64,000 nt of DNA from Polymyxa betae A26-41 (taxonomy: Eukaryota > Protista > Endomyxa: Phytomyxea): contig RBZT01000337.1 of the NCBI GenBank assembly GCA_003693705.1, positions 46,125-110,124 of the forward strand. Direction: 5' to 3'. Positions within the stretch are counted from its first letter, which is position 1, and each line of letters opens with the position of its first letter. Positions 25,644 to 38,158 of this stretch are shown piece by piece. The notes below the pieces were generated by a model, which worked only from the letters and a program-made list of their open reading frames with translations, did no database searches and was not told where the DNA came from. The translations under genes and the position numbers were made by a program.

Positions 25644-26580
25644 ATGTCTAAGAGGACAAGCTCTTTAAAAGGGGCAATGCCTTTTGAGATCTTGGACCAC
25701 GATCTGTCACCGGAACTGCTCACTGGCTTTACGAACATGTTTCAGGACCTTTGCACAGATACTGACGGTAGCTGCCCAAGCGCTGACACTTTAGTCGACT
25801 CCTTACACGAGCTGAGTTCGACTTTCAGCGAGGTTCCAATCACAATTCCAAGCGAAAATATCTCCTGCTTAATTGGATTTGAACAGGGATGGAGTGCGAT
25901 TCGAACATCAGATCCTGAGACTTGGACTCATCTCAGCGCCGTCGATCAAGGCACATACATCCGATTCCGAGCTGGATTATGCCTACGTTGGACCTATATA
26001 GTATTCAGGATAGGAAAAGAGCAGTCATCTGGCCGCTCATAATAAAGTTCAATCTCCAAGTCACGAAACAAATGATCGTCCCTTACGAGTTTCACTTTGA
26101 AAAATTCCCAGCGATCATGATCGCATTGCTGCTCAGTATACAGCATTAACAACAAATTCATTGCACCTCGAACTACGGGGATAGGTAGTAAGTACCATTC
26201 CCGCCCGGTCGGCTACCTTCTCATTTATTTATTCACGTGATCTAGGAATTGATATCGGAAATGAGCCAGGCGATGCGATCCTGGCGCTATTTGTACGCCG
26301 ATGCATCGTTTGGTGCTCTACATTAGAAGCGGATTGCAGTCCCAGACCAAGTTTTGATTCGGCTTCATGGTCACTAAATCCTGTTGATATATATTGGCTT
26401 ACAGGAAGATCACCTGGTCCAGGTACCCATCATTGCATCGCCTTTGATTACGATGGCGTCATCGTTGAATGCATGAGATATCGGGGAAGTTCACACCGGG
26501 CAAGCGTGTGTTTGGTTCGGTACATGAAGCAGGAGGCCATACTGGGACGCAAGGTTCTTCGCAAAAAATATACGTGACTA
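25644..26580 (+). CDS. Hypothetical gene or relic
   Basis: An acidic ~130-codon open segment (25644-26042) followed by possible exons. No family recognised. Confidence 0.22.
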
Positions 26581-27055
26581 TGGATGACGCGCATCTCTCG
26601 TAGAGATACCAAGCAATCTGACATTCACGGATGCATCGTCGATGTGCATTGCTGGTGTCACTTCATTACAGGCCCTCGAACGTGCCAAGTACAGATTGGT
26701 GAATCTGTGCTGATTACAGGAGGATCAGGTGGTTGTTTTCGGTATTTGCGGATCAGGAGGCGGTTTACCGTAGGCCACCAGATCACCTTCCATCATACAA
26801 TTTGAAAGAGGCGCCGTCGGATTGTTGAGATTCAATCTTTAAAATGAAACATTATGGAAGGCACTGGATAGATCATTTAGAGAGAATGTAACGCTAACTG
26901 GGGCGGTAGATGGGCCGATGGGATCGCACTCCATGATTCTATGGGATGTAACGCTACTCTGGACATGGAGGGACCGTTACTTTTTTAACAGCCATTGCTT
27001 GCAATCCTTGCTTTCCTAATACTCGATTATACACCATAGATCTCTGACTCCAAAG

Positions 27056-28200
27056 ATGAGTGGAGCAAGCCCTTGTCCAACGGCGGGATCGAAGAAGGTC
27101 ATTGAACGGATCGCCAAGTGCAGGAGGCCGAAGTTCAAAACGACCGAATCATGGGCGATGGACTTCGCAATTACTGTTGCTTTAGAAAGCGTCGTGTCGA
27201 GCAGCAATTTAAAAAAAAAAGCGTTGAAGAGCGCTTGAGATGTTTAGATGTTTTAGCCGACTTCAAGACGACAAAATCCTCTGCTATCATTGCGGAGCCA
27301 AGCTTGTATTCAGCTGGGAATCTGGACCTACTCAATTCACCTGCGACCGAACAATAGCAGTATTTTCATGCAGACCAAGTGACGGTCAGGCCATGCCATT
27401 GGTGCAATTTCTGGTTCAAGGACTCAGACGAAAAGCAACGCAAACTGGCGATAACCGTCCTAATCAACCACCACGATAAAGCGATGGTACGCTGCCCTAC
27501 TTTGCCTGTTGGCGAGTGATGAAGCCCGGTCAATGGGGATTATAACCGAACGGACAGTTGGTGCCGATTTGAACTGGAGCAGACCTTTCAAACGTCAATC
27601 ACCAGATTCCCGACAAGCCTCTGGAAAGAGCAGATGCATATTCGACAATGGGATCTCGAAGGCAGGCTCAGCGACATGACGGCGTTTAACAGTCGTTGTG
27701 CAGTTGCCGGGATCCAGTTCACAACGATTCTCCGCAGTGATAGAATCATGGAGCGATGGGGAATACGAAAAGAGCGATACGGTTATTATCTGGGGCCGGA
27801 TCAATTTCGACAAAACCACGCTCGACATCTTCCAGACGACGACGTCGTTTCAAGATTTTTGTCACAGGAACCGGGGTCCCGGGCATCGATGTCGGAAAAT
27901 GATCACCATTCTTCGACTGTTGATATGACGCCTGAGTGACGTTTGAAATACAGAAGAGGATCGCTGAACGCGCCGACGTCTAATTGGCCGAAGAAGAAGC
28001 TGTCGGTTATGGCACAGGTAGTATTCATTATCTGAAAGTCATTCTTAAGTCTAATTGGCTGGTCCATGACAGTAGATGAATGGGCTCGTACAGCTACCGT
28101 ATGCGTACCAGCGCTTACACATGCTCCGTAAGCGGAAAGCGAATTGCTTTTGTCAAAAGCCATCTGGACAGCATATGCTAATACACACGGGCCAGAAGTG
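27056..28200 (+). pseudogene. Degraded ORF region ending in a frameshifted C2H2 zinc-finger relic
   Basis: Long, partly open frames with scattered stops. At about 28113-28198 it reads YTCSVSGKRIAFVKSHL, then after a 1-nt shift QHMLIHTGQK (HxxxH plus a TGEK-like linker). Confidence 0.3.
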
Positions 28201-28399
28201 ATGTTTGAAAACGATCATCTGAAAGAAAGAGATTCTGAACAGGGAATGAGAAAACGCACCCGCTCGGCGCAAAGAGTAATCCTCTGAACTCAACCCTGCA
28301 GTGCCCAGCTATGTACGCTGCTCTCGAATCTTCGTTTTCAAAACTCCCATCGGAAGCTGACGGCAGGTAATTCCCGCTTTCAAATCCTCGCTTCGAAAT

Positions 28400-28795
28400 T
28401 TCATCCGAACGATCCATCCCACACCCAGCAACAGTGTTGCACACCACCAGCCACTCCCATTCACCACTCGACCTTCCACTCCGAATTCCCACTTGGACCT
28501 TCCATTCCGGCTCTCCAATTCAGCCTTCCACTCCGACCATCGAATCCGGCCTTCGATTACGAATCTCGTTCTCGGATTCCCAATCCAAACATCCACTCCG
28601 ATTCTCCACTCTCCATTTCGACTTCGAATCCCCACTCACCACCTTCAAAGCACACTCGCTATTTCGAATCTTCACCTCTTGCCTTCCCACTTACAAACTT
28701 TCACTTACCGATTCCGGTCCCAATTTCCATTCCCTACTTCAACTTTCATCCCCACCAAACCAATCCACTCCCACTCGCCCACCCCTACCTCGTAG
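28400..28795. repeat. Strongly C-rich/G-poor low-complexity tract with imperfect (cct)tccactccga repeats
   Basis: CCTTCCACTCCGA at about 28472 and 28523, TCCACTCCGA at about 28592, and many ccactc/ttcc variants; marked strand asymmetry. Confidence 0.6.
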
Positions 28796-29534
28796 TCCTT
28801 GCTGGTAGATCAGATTGGAACAGCTGCATCTGCTAGAAAGGTGCACACATCAGTTCGAGCCGAGATCTGTCGTCAGCTCGGGTCGAACCAACAATTCGTA
28901 ACGGAAAGTGGCCCGGCTTCATGATGAGCCTGTGCCTCGTGTAGAAGTCGTACTGGACTGTACGATTCAAAGAACAGCATTACGCCGCCTATTTCGTGGC
29001 CAGCCGACACGCCTAGTCGGTATTTCAACGTTCGACGACCCCGAAGTCGACTGGTTCAGTGCTCATGTCGTGCCGGAGCCACTGAATCGTTTGATGCCCT
29101 TCCTAGAATCTGGTGCTGTCGTGCCAGTTATCGCAAACACGTTCGGTTTCCTCTCAAGTCTATAAGGCGAGTGCTTCTGCTTCAACGAAAGAATTTTGTT
29201 TCTGTTAGTTGCTTGTTTCAGGCCTTGGAATTTTTGTTATAAGGACGCCCGATAGGAAAGGTTTATCATCGACTGGACCAAGACGAGATTGAAGTTGTCG
29301 CTGCAATAAGGTCAGTGATCCTAAAATTAGCTTATTTCTTAAAGACACGATTGAATTCACATTGCAATAAAGAGGTGTGGTCCTGCAATCTGCATGGAAT
29401 AAGATTTTGATGACATCTGGCAGCAATCTGTATCAAGTTATTTGCAGATAATGATGTGAAAGGTAGTCCGTGGCGGAGTGCGACTCTCTCAACCAACACC
29501 AGATATTGTCGTCGTCATCGTCCTATCTTTAAAT

Positions 29535-29928
29535 ATGAAGCTAGTTCGGTCGGTGCTGTGTCATGAACTGGATCGTCTCGCGTCTCATTACATATAGGTT
29601 TCTGATGAAGCTCGTTAACGAGACCGTGACGATTGAGTTGAAGAACGGGACGGTGGTGAGCGGCACCGTTGTCGGAGTCGATATAGCCATGAACACACAT
29701 TTGAAAACTGTCAAGATGACGGTTAAGAATCGAAACCCGGTCCAGCTTGACAACCTCAGTATTCGTGGAAATAATATTCGGCAATATATTCTGCCTGATG
29801 GGCTAAATCTCGACGCACTGCTCGTGGACGACACGCCGAAGCGAGGCGCTCCGAAAGAGCGGGCCGCTCGTGGTCGCGGTCGAGGGCGTGGGCGAGGCCG
29901 AGGTGGACGACCAGGCGCTCGCCGATAG
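29535..29928 (+). CDS. SNRPD1: Small nuclear ribonucleoprotein Sm D1
   Basis: MKLVR|[18 protein letters not shown]...[14 protein letters not shown]...RG-repeat tail; 14-nt first coding exon, then one intron. Confidence 0.95.
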
Positions 29929-30259
29929 GCACGTATCGCCGTCATGCCGTCTGACCCAGGATTCAGACGCTGATTGGTTCAACTGCCAACCATTCTTTAA
30001 AATAATTACATCAATGCTATATCTGAAACTGTAAACGATCGCTGATAAATTGTTGTATGGACTAGCTACTTTTGCAGTCGTGCTTTTAAAACGTAATTGC
30101 GAACTCTTGTTCTTCAGTTTTACAATGGGTGTATTGAAAGAATTTGAGTAGAATCACTTAATCAGTATATAATTATATAAAGCATTAAATAATTTTTCAA
30201 ATGAACGTCATCTTATATTTATGTATTGGACCAGCTTGAACAATTACTTGCTTGAACAA

Positions 30260-31216
30260 TTAGTTGCTCGATCTATTTAACGTTTTCCATCGGTTATGGG
30301 CCTCATCAATGATATGATGGGCATAGTCAGCGTCCTTCATTTGACCATCAAACACGAACTCGTTCTCAGAACATCCTTCAGCGACTTTATAAGTTCGGAA
30401 CCAGTGCCGAATATTTTCCAAATCAGCAGGTGTGAATTCTTGTGAAATGCCTTCAGGCTGGTCGGCGCGCTTTACGATCACTTTCCAATCAGTCTCATTC
30501 TGGTCAATGAGCCCAAGAATCCCGATCACACGAACTGGAACAACCTCCCCTGAAATTCACCTTTAGCAGAGAGCAATTACAATGACAGAATTGGACGACC
30601 AATGTTGAGCGGAATGTTGGAAATCTCAACTGCATCTATGGGATCACCATCACCACCACAATCAGTATCGGGATGAACCCAATCAGGATCTTCCCAAGTC
30701 TGAGGTAATGCACCATAGTTGAAAGGGATATCGCCAGCCTTGAAATACCTGAAGCACACATCATTCAGTGTCCGGTTTTATCAAAATTAAATCCCAAAAA
30801 GTGAAGAATCTCATTTGAACGGTTTTACCTGAGCTCGCTGTTTCTCGTATCCTGCTTGATCGGGTTCATATCTTCGCTCTTACAAATCTCCATTTTATGT
30901 CGAGTTCTAAATCATCATAAGAACGAATCAATCAATCTGAATTAACAATGACCGACCCTTTGGGAATCTCGTTGATAAAGTTGTAGACCAAGTCCTTGCC
31001 TGAATCTCGATGAAGCGGAATATCGTGCCACGCCGAAACCCTCCTGCCACAATGCGACGCCAGGAACACACGGAAATGTTTTGAACCAAGGACACCTTCC
31101 TCAACAAGGCCCTAAACAAACCAAAACGATTGTGACTTTAGTAAAGCCCAGTCTTGCATACTAACCCAGATATGGAATTTCCGCACCCATCTCAAAACAG
31201 AATCAGTTAAGACCAT
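30260..31216 (-). CDS. Family I soluble inorganic pyrophosphatase
   Basis: [68 protein letters not shown]. Multi-exon. Confidence 0.92.
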
Positions 31217-31780
31217 GCTGGTGATCTAGACAGAGGACCAAGTGCGACAGCTCAGTTGCTATAATAGAATGAAGGACGACGACAACGATTGATGAGATGA
31301 TGATGATGAAGATGACGTGTTAATGTGTATGGAAAACAACAGTATAGTCGGCAAGCAGGGCGAGTCGTTCTGACATGAGAGCGCCAAGTTGATGCGTCAC
31401 GGACTTGATGATAATTGCGAGCACTGTCAGATGACGACTTCGTCTAGAGACTGTAGTCTGTAGACTAGCAAATAACCAATTTCGTCCATCTTCATTATAA
31501 ATAGTATAATGTAACAGATACGCAGATACACAATATCTGTAGACACCATATTAGATATCCATCCGGTAGAAATTGTCTAAAATTCCATCCATTCCGGGTG
31601 TCATACATAAGTATCAAAATTGGGATCCAATAATATCCAAAGCAGAAGAAACATTCCACATGATAGTTTCACTTCCGATCGCCTGAATGTTGTGATTGGG
31701 CTTTAATTGCTGATTAATCTCGAAAGAGCCAATACTTGTCTTGAGGCACTTTGCGTCCAGATTCTTGAAGTCTTTCAGAA

Positions 31781-33085
31781 ATGCCGTTGCTGAGAAGCGA
31801 GAATCACAGGCTCCGAATGAAACTATCCGTCAATTCTCGGTGTTTCATTCGTTGTATGACAGAAAAGTCCAATAATACGGGTTGCGCCCATTCCCTTTTC
31901 TTGAAAATCCATTTTGTGCTTGAAGTCGTCGGGCTTCGGTTTAACAAATGACTTCCGTTGACGGCGCCAAGAAGCGGCGAGCATCCGATACTGGAAATGG
32001 GAACACCGCCGAAATCACTGCGAAAAAGTGCTACTGTTTCTCCCTCTCTGATTCTATATCTAATCTCTCGTAGGAAACGATCAAGTTTCCTGGCTGATTG
32101 TGAGCTATGGGTCGATCTTCCAGACCTTCCCAATGATTTTAAACTGTTACGATATCCGGTCGACACTGGTCGCTTATGTGCTTTCTGTGCCAGCTCTTTA
32201 GAGATTCGATCAAAGACCGAATATTATCCTGAAAACGATCTTGGCATTCCTATTGAAGCTATCGACCCCGATGCCTACACATTTGATTTGTCATCAACAC
32301 CAGAAATCCATCCCGACGACGAATTAATTCTATCGTTGGCAAAAGAATGTATTAAAGCGGACCGTGCAACGATGGCTCGACGACGTGAGCAATACCAGCA
32401 AGAATTTCCTGTTGCTCGTTGGTTTCGTAAACCGGAAATCATGTCAAACAGCTTGTTCACTTCGGCGTCGACGAAACAAGAGCCTGAGACGCCGAGGCCG
32501 CACCTGAACCAGAAGGCGCTGGATGCTGATGCGATCCTTCAGCAGATCGAAGAATCATTCGTTCAGCATCGCGGCAAGCTGGTTCATTGCACGAATCCGA
32601 ATTTAGAACCTGTGTCTGTGCTACCAATCTATCCTCATGACGAGCTGGTAGGTTTCGTTGCAATTGCCTTCGCTGATTTCGTAAACGTGCCCAGGCCGGT
32701 ATAAACCTTAGCCATATTATGTTTGATAGACCAACAGCCGATTCCAGACAAGATGGAATTTTCGTTAGCTCATCACAATCTCGTGTCAAGGATTACTATG
32801 TGCTGAACAAAATCGCTGGCAATATATTCGAATGGAACGCCCGCTACATGCAGACACTCAGCGATACGGCCCCTGACAATAAAGATCGCCTATTCCTTTT
32901 GCTAACACCTAGTGCTGTCCTCTATGGCGACTTATCAACTCGTGAAAGCATTCAGAAAGTTCTTAATGTACAACGATTGCATTTCAGCTTGATTCTTTCT
33001 TATTGTGTTGGTTCAGGTTGATTCCGTATCAGAGGAGGAAAGACAGAAGATTCCTTCCTCTATTATACTGAACGACTCCACCTAA
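31781..33085 (+). CDS. PAF1: RNA polymerase II-associated factor Paf1
   Basis: FLADCELWVDLPDLPNDFKLL, SSLE, DLGIPIEAIDP, IHPDDELIL, WFRKPEIMS, IEESF and HCTNPNLEPVSVLPIYP match Paf1 motifs. Start uncertain. Confidence 0.78.
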
Positions 33086-33550
33086 CCATCTATTAATACC
33101 TCTTATATATCTGCAGACTTTATGGTTGCTTTTATTGATTGAGCTAATAATGTTGTGAACCTTGAAATCCTTGTTTTATTCCTCACCCATTGACAACTAC
33201 TGAATGCGGTCCTTGACGACTTCAGAGCGACGATGTTCGTGCTGTTCCTGCAAATGCATTGTCTGCACGATCTAGTTCGTTGAATTACGTCTTGGTGACA
33301 ACCGGCGCAGTTGCCTGACAGGCGAATTGTGGATTAAAATCGTTCACTGATGCTCCGGAGGTACTGGCCCTCTGGTCGGTCTTGGTTCGGATTGAGACGA
33401 TCAAGATCACCGACGCGCGTCCAGTGAAACCGGGCGAAACTATCGGGTTAAGGCAGGTATTGCTGTTCTAAAGAAAACACATTTCGTTCAATCGTTAAAA
33501 TCCTATCTGTTGAACGTCTTGCGATGCTCAAAAACGATTAATCAATTATA

Positions 33551-34695
33551 GTTTTGGTTCATGATGCGATCAGGCATACTTATGCTGCCAATTGATGCTT
33601 CGTCCTTGCATTGGAATCAGTTGATCTCGACCGATTGTTCACGAATGTCAACCTGGACGACTTTCTTCTCCGATTTGCTGTCGCACGGTTTCCGTCGTTA
33701 TCTCTTCGACAAGCTCATTTCCCAATTTCGACGTTATCTCGACACGTACGTTCTGGCTTGTAACCTCTCAGACAACATTTGATGAAGAAAGTGAGTGTGT
33801 GCTCATCAAACTCATATAATTGATGATCTTTGTCAGTTTTTACTTTTGTGTTAATTTGTCTTAGACCGGGTAATGAAGACATTGTGGAAAGAGCTCGGGA
33901 GTCTTTTCAAATGTTTTGGGCGACCTGTTCATTCTTATTAGGACCGTGCATCGCCGAATTCAGAAAATATCTTCAGATTTCTTCATCATTCTCTGACACA
34001 TTAACTTTTGTCACGATATGGTGTCGCTAACCGAGGCCCTCCACCAGCTCCAGCAATGGAAGCAATGGGCAGAACTAGCTAATCACGATTATACAGCGAT
34101 GACAATGTATAAGCGAAAGCTGCTACGTCGGATCATTGTAAGAATGAAGACGCTGACAGAATTAAATCAGACCAGAATGAAAATTAAAGAAAAGATGATG
34201 TCAGAAAAGCATCAAAACTATAAGAAATTGGCCACATTCCAGCAATGGCGAAAGCAATTAAACTTGAAGACAATGGGTCAGGAGTTCAATCGAAAACGAA
34301 TTTCGAGTTCATTTCTGAAATTATGGCGTTGCATGAAAGAGATAAGAGAAAACCATTTGCACTTGATATCATCGACATTGAGATCTAGTCGATTGCAGGC
34401 TTTCTGGAATGCATGGAGAACTAGGTGTTGGCAACTCCAATTGGATAAAAAGTCGCTATTTTTCTGGGCCGATCAATTAAGTTTGAAAGTATTTCACTCA
34501 TGGAGGCGGCAAGCACAGATAAAGCAACCTGGTTTTCACTGCAAATTTCGCCATGTACACAAATCACTTCAGCTAAAGCAAGCTGAAACTGCAAAGTTTA
34601 TTCAGAATTCTGAAAACGGTAGGGATCCGAGAAAAAGACTGCAAATGAAGATCGGCTCTAAATTTGCGATGAGAATAAGGTGGATGGTTCGTTAG
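33551..34695 (+). CDS. SFI1-like repeat (centrin-binding) protein
   Basis: Recurrent F/LxxWK/R motifs (LQQWK, FQQWR, FLKLWR, FWNAWR, VFHSWR) in a basic helical ORF. 5' exons uncertain. Confidence 0.5.
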
Positions 34696-34949
34696 ATTCC
34701 GTAACTAGAGAATAAACAAGTCATGGGATTGCAGATTCTTCAAAAGTTGCATTTTATAAAAAAAATTGATCTGATAGGACTAAACGTCCAGATCGTTGGC
34801 TTTAGAATATGGCGGTGCTGAATACCAAAGGTACAGTAAGTGAATCTTCTGCTTAGAAACGTTTATATTTTGTAAAAATGTGAGCATATTTCTGAATCTG
34901 GTTAAAGATATTTCTGGTTGAATTCGTAAGATTCTTTTCTTGAAGTACG

Positions 34950-35477
34950 ATGGCAGCGATGAATGATCAGAACACCATAGATGCAGTGGCGGAAAGCGCT
35001 GTCTGGACTGAACGTATCAAACGGGAACTCGGCTCGATCAAGATAAACAGCTCATGCACGATCGATCCATCAAAAGGTAAATGCTAATTATTCCGAATTG
35101 GTTCCAAATTCAATAGATAATATAGTCAGCATTATTACTGCCAAACCTAATGAAAGTCTACCGAACAAGGTCAGAGTGATACCAACAGATCTAGAAAGGT
35201 GTCTCAAATCGCCGCGATTGCACTCGAAAAAGAATCCGGGGCATGGACCAGAAACGACCTCCCAAGAATACGGCTGGTATAGATTGTGTCCGGTAAGATT
35301 CAGCAATAGTTTAACAGACAGAGCTGATAAAGCAGTTCACAGCCGAAAGTTCATAGCAGTCGGCTTAATCAAAGACATTGTACTTGTGAGATCACACAAT
35401 ATGCTGAGAAATACATCGTCTCCAATGGCAGAAGCCCATTTCGGCGTGCTGCTATCAGCAACGATGCATCTACATAA
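34950..35477 (+). CDS. CFAP144: Cilia- and flagella-associated protein CFAP144/FAM183
   Basis: AVWTERIKRE, IITAKP, PETTSQEYGW, CEITQYAEKY...GRSPF; two short introns. Confidence 0.7.
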
Positions 35478-36017
35478 AGCCATTCGAAAGCTATCTAGAA
35501 CACAAGACCGCGGCTTTCACCAGATTCTTGTGTCCTGTCACTGGACTTTCATACGCCTATTACAATTATCAATGAGAACAGTTTGTCAATGAGATTGCCA
35601 ATGCCCATGTATGATGTAACAAATAAAGACTGCTCCGTTTGGATCGATTGAGTTTTCAGGTTCGTTGATTTACGTCAACCGGCGACGCAGTGTCCTAAGC
35701 GCATGCCTAATAGAACTTAGGCGTTTACAGTAGCCGTAACATCCATCAGTGCTTCTACTTCCTATTTCAGAGCTTTCAGTCTTTCACCCGTTTATGTCTA
35801 AATAAAACGAACTTGTCTCACGATCTCGCATGTTGCCAAACGCGCTCTAAGTGAATATGAGAGGCCGCGCAGAATCCACACCAACTTCAAGCTGCCTTCA
35901 AATACTGATTCCAATTGCCATTTCTGCTTCGATCTTATTCAAGATCTTTCGGATTTGGCAGGCTATTGCCTGTCATCCTATTGGAACCATTGCAATAGTT
36001 CTTTAATTTTGACTAGT

Positions 36018-38127
36018 ATGTTGTCAATAGGCCCACTTGCTGGCCCGACTAAGACGCTGGTAGGCCAGGCTACTAGGGATAACGATAGTCCTCCTTCTGG
36101 GTATCAGCTTGATCTTCTTTGCAGTATGTCATTTTTGGTTTTTGCTAATTTCTTCGCTGAAAGTCTCTTTAGAAGCGTCTTTTTCGTCTCCTAGCGATTG
36201 TGATCAACTATTAGATGCCATTATTCGTCGCCTTGACTCGAGCTCAGCCAACGTGAAATGGAAAACGCTGCGGGTTATTGCATATTTATGTCAGCATGGA
36301 AATGCTGCTATTCGAAAAGAGTTTCAAAGGAAGATAGACCGTATCCGGGCTTGTACTGGATTCACAGGGCCTCAGCATCCTTTACGAGGTGATGCGCCTA
36401 ACGAGCGTGTCCGAATAGCTGCAAAAGAGGCATTATCAGCCTTGTTCTCTACTCCAGACCCTCAATCCAATCACTCGAACTCGAGATTAAGTAATCTCTC
36501 TGGAGGCGAATCATTCGATGTTCCATCAACGGAACGTGATGGTGTTCTAGGAACAGCATTGAAATCTGTTCTATCTACAGCTGCTAATTTAGTTTCAAAC
36601 GCGTCTTCAGCAACGGGCCAGATTTCCTCTTTGCGACCTTCTGGCGCTAATTACCAGATCACAGGTATTGGAAATCCAGCGTTCCAACGCTCAAATTCAC
36701 AGTCTTCTGTGCTGGATAAGATGAAGCAAGTGTTTGATCCAAGGTGGAAATCGCAGTCCATATCTCAGCCACCACAAAGCTATGCTGGTCTTCCGATGGG
36801 GGGTGGGCCCACTGCTCGTGGCGATTTTGATGTCAAACCTGCTATGTTAGAAGGAACCCCTCAAAGGCGTCGTGGACAGGTTGGCGGCAATTGGGCAGAT
36901 GCTGACACTGAAGCCCATATCTCACATTCTGCTACCAAACAAGGGCGTTTTCCAGAAAGGGTCTCGCCAGAGTATGAAACTCGTCATACCCAAGATGCTG
37001 ATGACGATTATGGCTCGTTAGAGAGCCGCTTAATCGAAGAGTTAACAACCCCTGGTGGTGTCACTGCTGCGCCTTCATCAGAGCAGTTATCGACATTGTT
37101 AAGTTCGATCGAATCCCTCGATCAAGCTCTAATTGCCGATTTATTAGCGCATAAGCTAGATAATTATCAAAGCTGGCAAACTCAAGCTAAAGCACTATCA
37201 GTAATTGAAGCTTTAGTGAAAAAGGACTGCATTGAGGTTGCTCAATATTTTTCTTGCTCGCCAGACAATATTATCAACTTGGCTAGCAGCAATCTTCGTG
37301 CCGTTCGCATCAAAGCCGACAAGGTTGGTTGCCTTTGGAAAGTACTTGTATTGCCGTTTGATAACCTTATATAGGTTTATGAAATGCTTGGATTGTCTAA
37401 AAGTTCGTCAGTATGCCGATCGCAAGAGTCGCCATCACAAGCTCCTGATCTACTGGATTTCCCAACTGATACTGGATCAAAAGTCGATGACCTGCTTGAT
37501 GTTAATATCATTAGGAATCAGAATGTTTCGAGCTCAGCAACGACTTCAGATCCTCTTGGTAACTTTCGAATTCATGGATCTGAAATCTAGTCTAATTTCT
37601 TTTTAGGATTTATGTTGCAGTCCAATGATAGCCATCATGTCAGTAAAACCTCATTTCCGTTTATTTCTAATGACTCCCATCACCTGGCTCCGGTGACAGG
37701 AGATCTGCCTTTTGTGGCTGATCAGGGGTATCTGCCTTTTGTGGCTGATCAGGGGTATCTGCCGATGTCGGACAGTAATGTTGATATCCCGGCTTCGTCG
37801 CCTCTTAATGCTGGTTTATTCCAGAGCTCTGATGCATCTTCCTTCCTACAAGGATCTGGTCAGGATACAGTGTTTAGAGTATCACAGCCAGAGTTGTTGA
37901 GGTCAGAAAGCGCTGTTACCTCTGCAAGCAGACCGGAGCACGTTCCTTTGCAACCTGGTTCTGCTTTTTCCTTCGTTTCACAACCCGTTTCTGAGAAAGC
38001 AATTTCTGATAAACCTCTGGACCCGTTTGCCAATGCGATCAAGACAGTTCGGAAGAATACTACGGCATCAAGAGATTCGTTTTCTTTTGTCCAAGATATA
38101 ATCAAGGATTCCACACATTCCAGATGA
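36018..38127 (+). CDS. TEPSIN: Tepsin (AP-4 accessory subunit, ENTH + tVHS)
   Basis: ENTH-like QATRDNDSPPSGY...VKWKTLRVIAYL...FTGPQHPLRGDAPNERVR; a second domain LIEELTTPGG...WQTQAKALSVIEAL; C-terminal SAFSFV and SFSFV AP-4 ear-binding-like motifs. Confidence 0.8.
37703..37763 (+). repeat. 27-bp in-frame tandem duplication in tepsin
   Basis: ATCTGCCTTTTGTGGCTGATCAGGGGT occurs twice exactly, plus a partial third copy; encodes LPFVADQGY x2. Confidence 0.95.
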
Positions 38128-38158
38128 ACTAATTTATATAAATAGATATAAATTAAAA

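Noticed and set aside
28178-28808. Several 100-124 aa overlapping ORFs
   Set aside because: They arise from the C-rich low-complexity composition, which lacks stops.
26850-29250. Possible endogenous viral element in the gene-poor island
   Set aside because: No RdRp, helicase, capsid, RT or integrase motif was seen in the frames I read.
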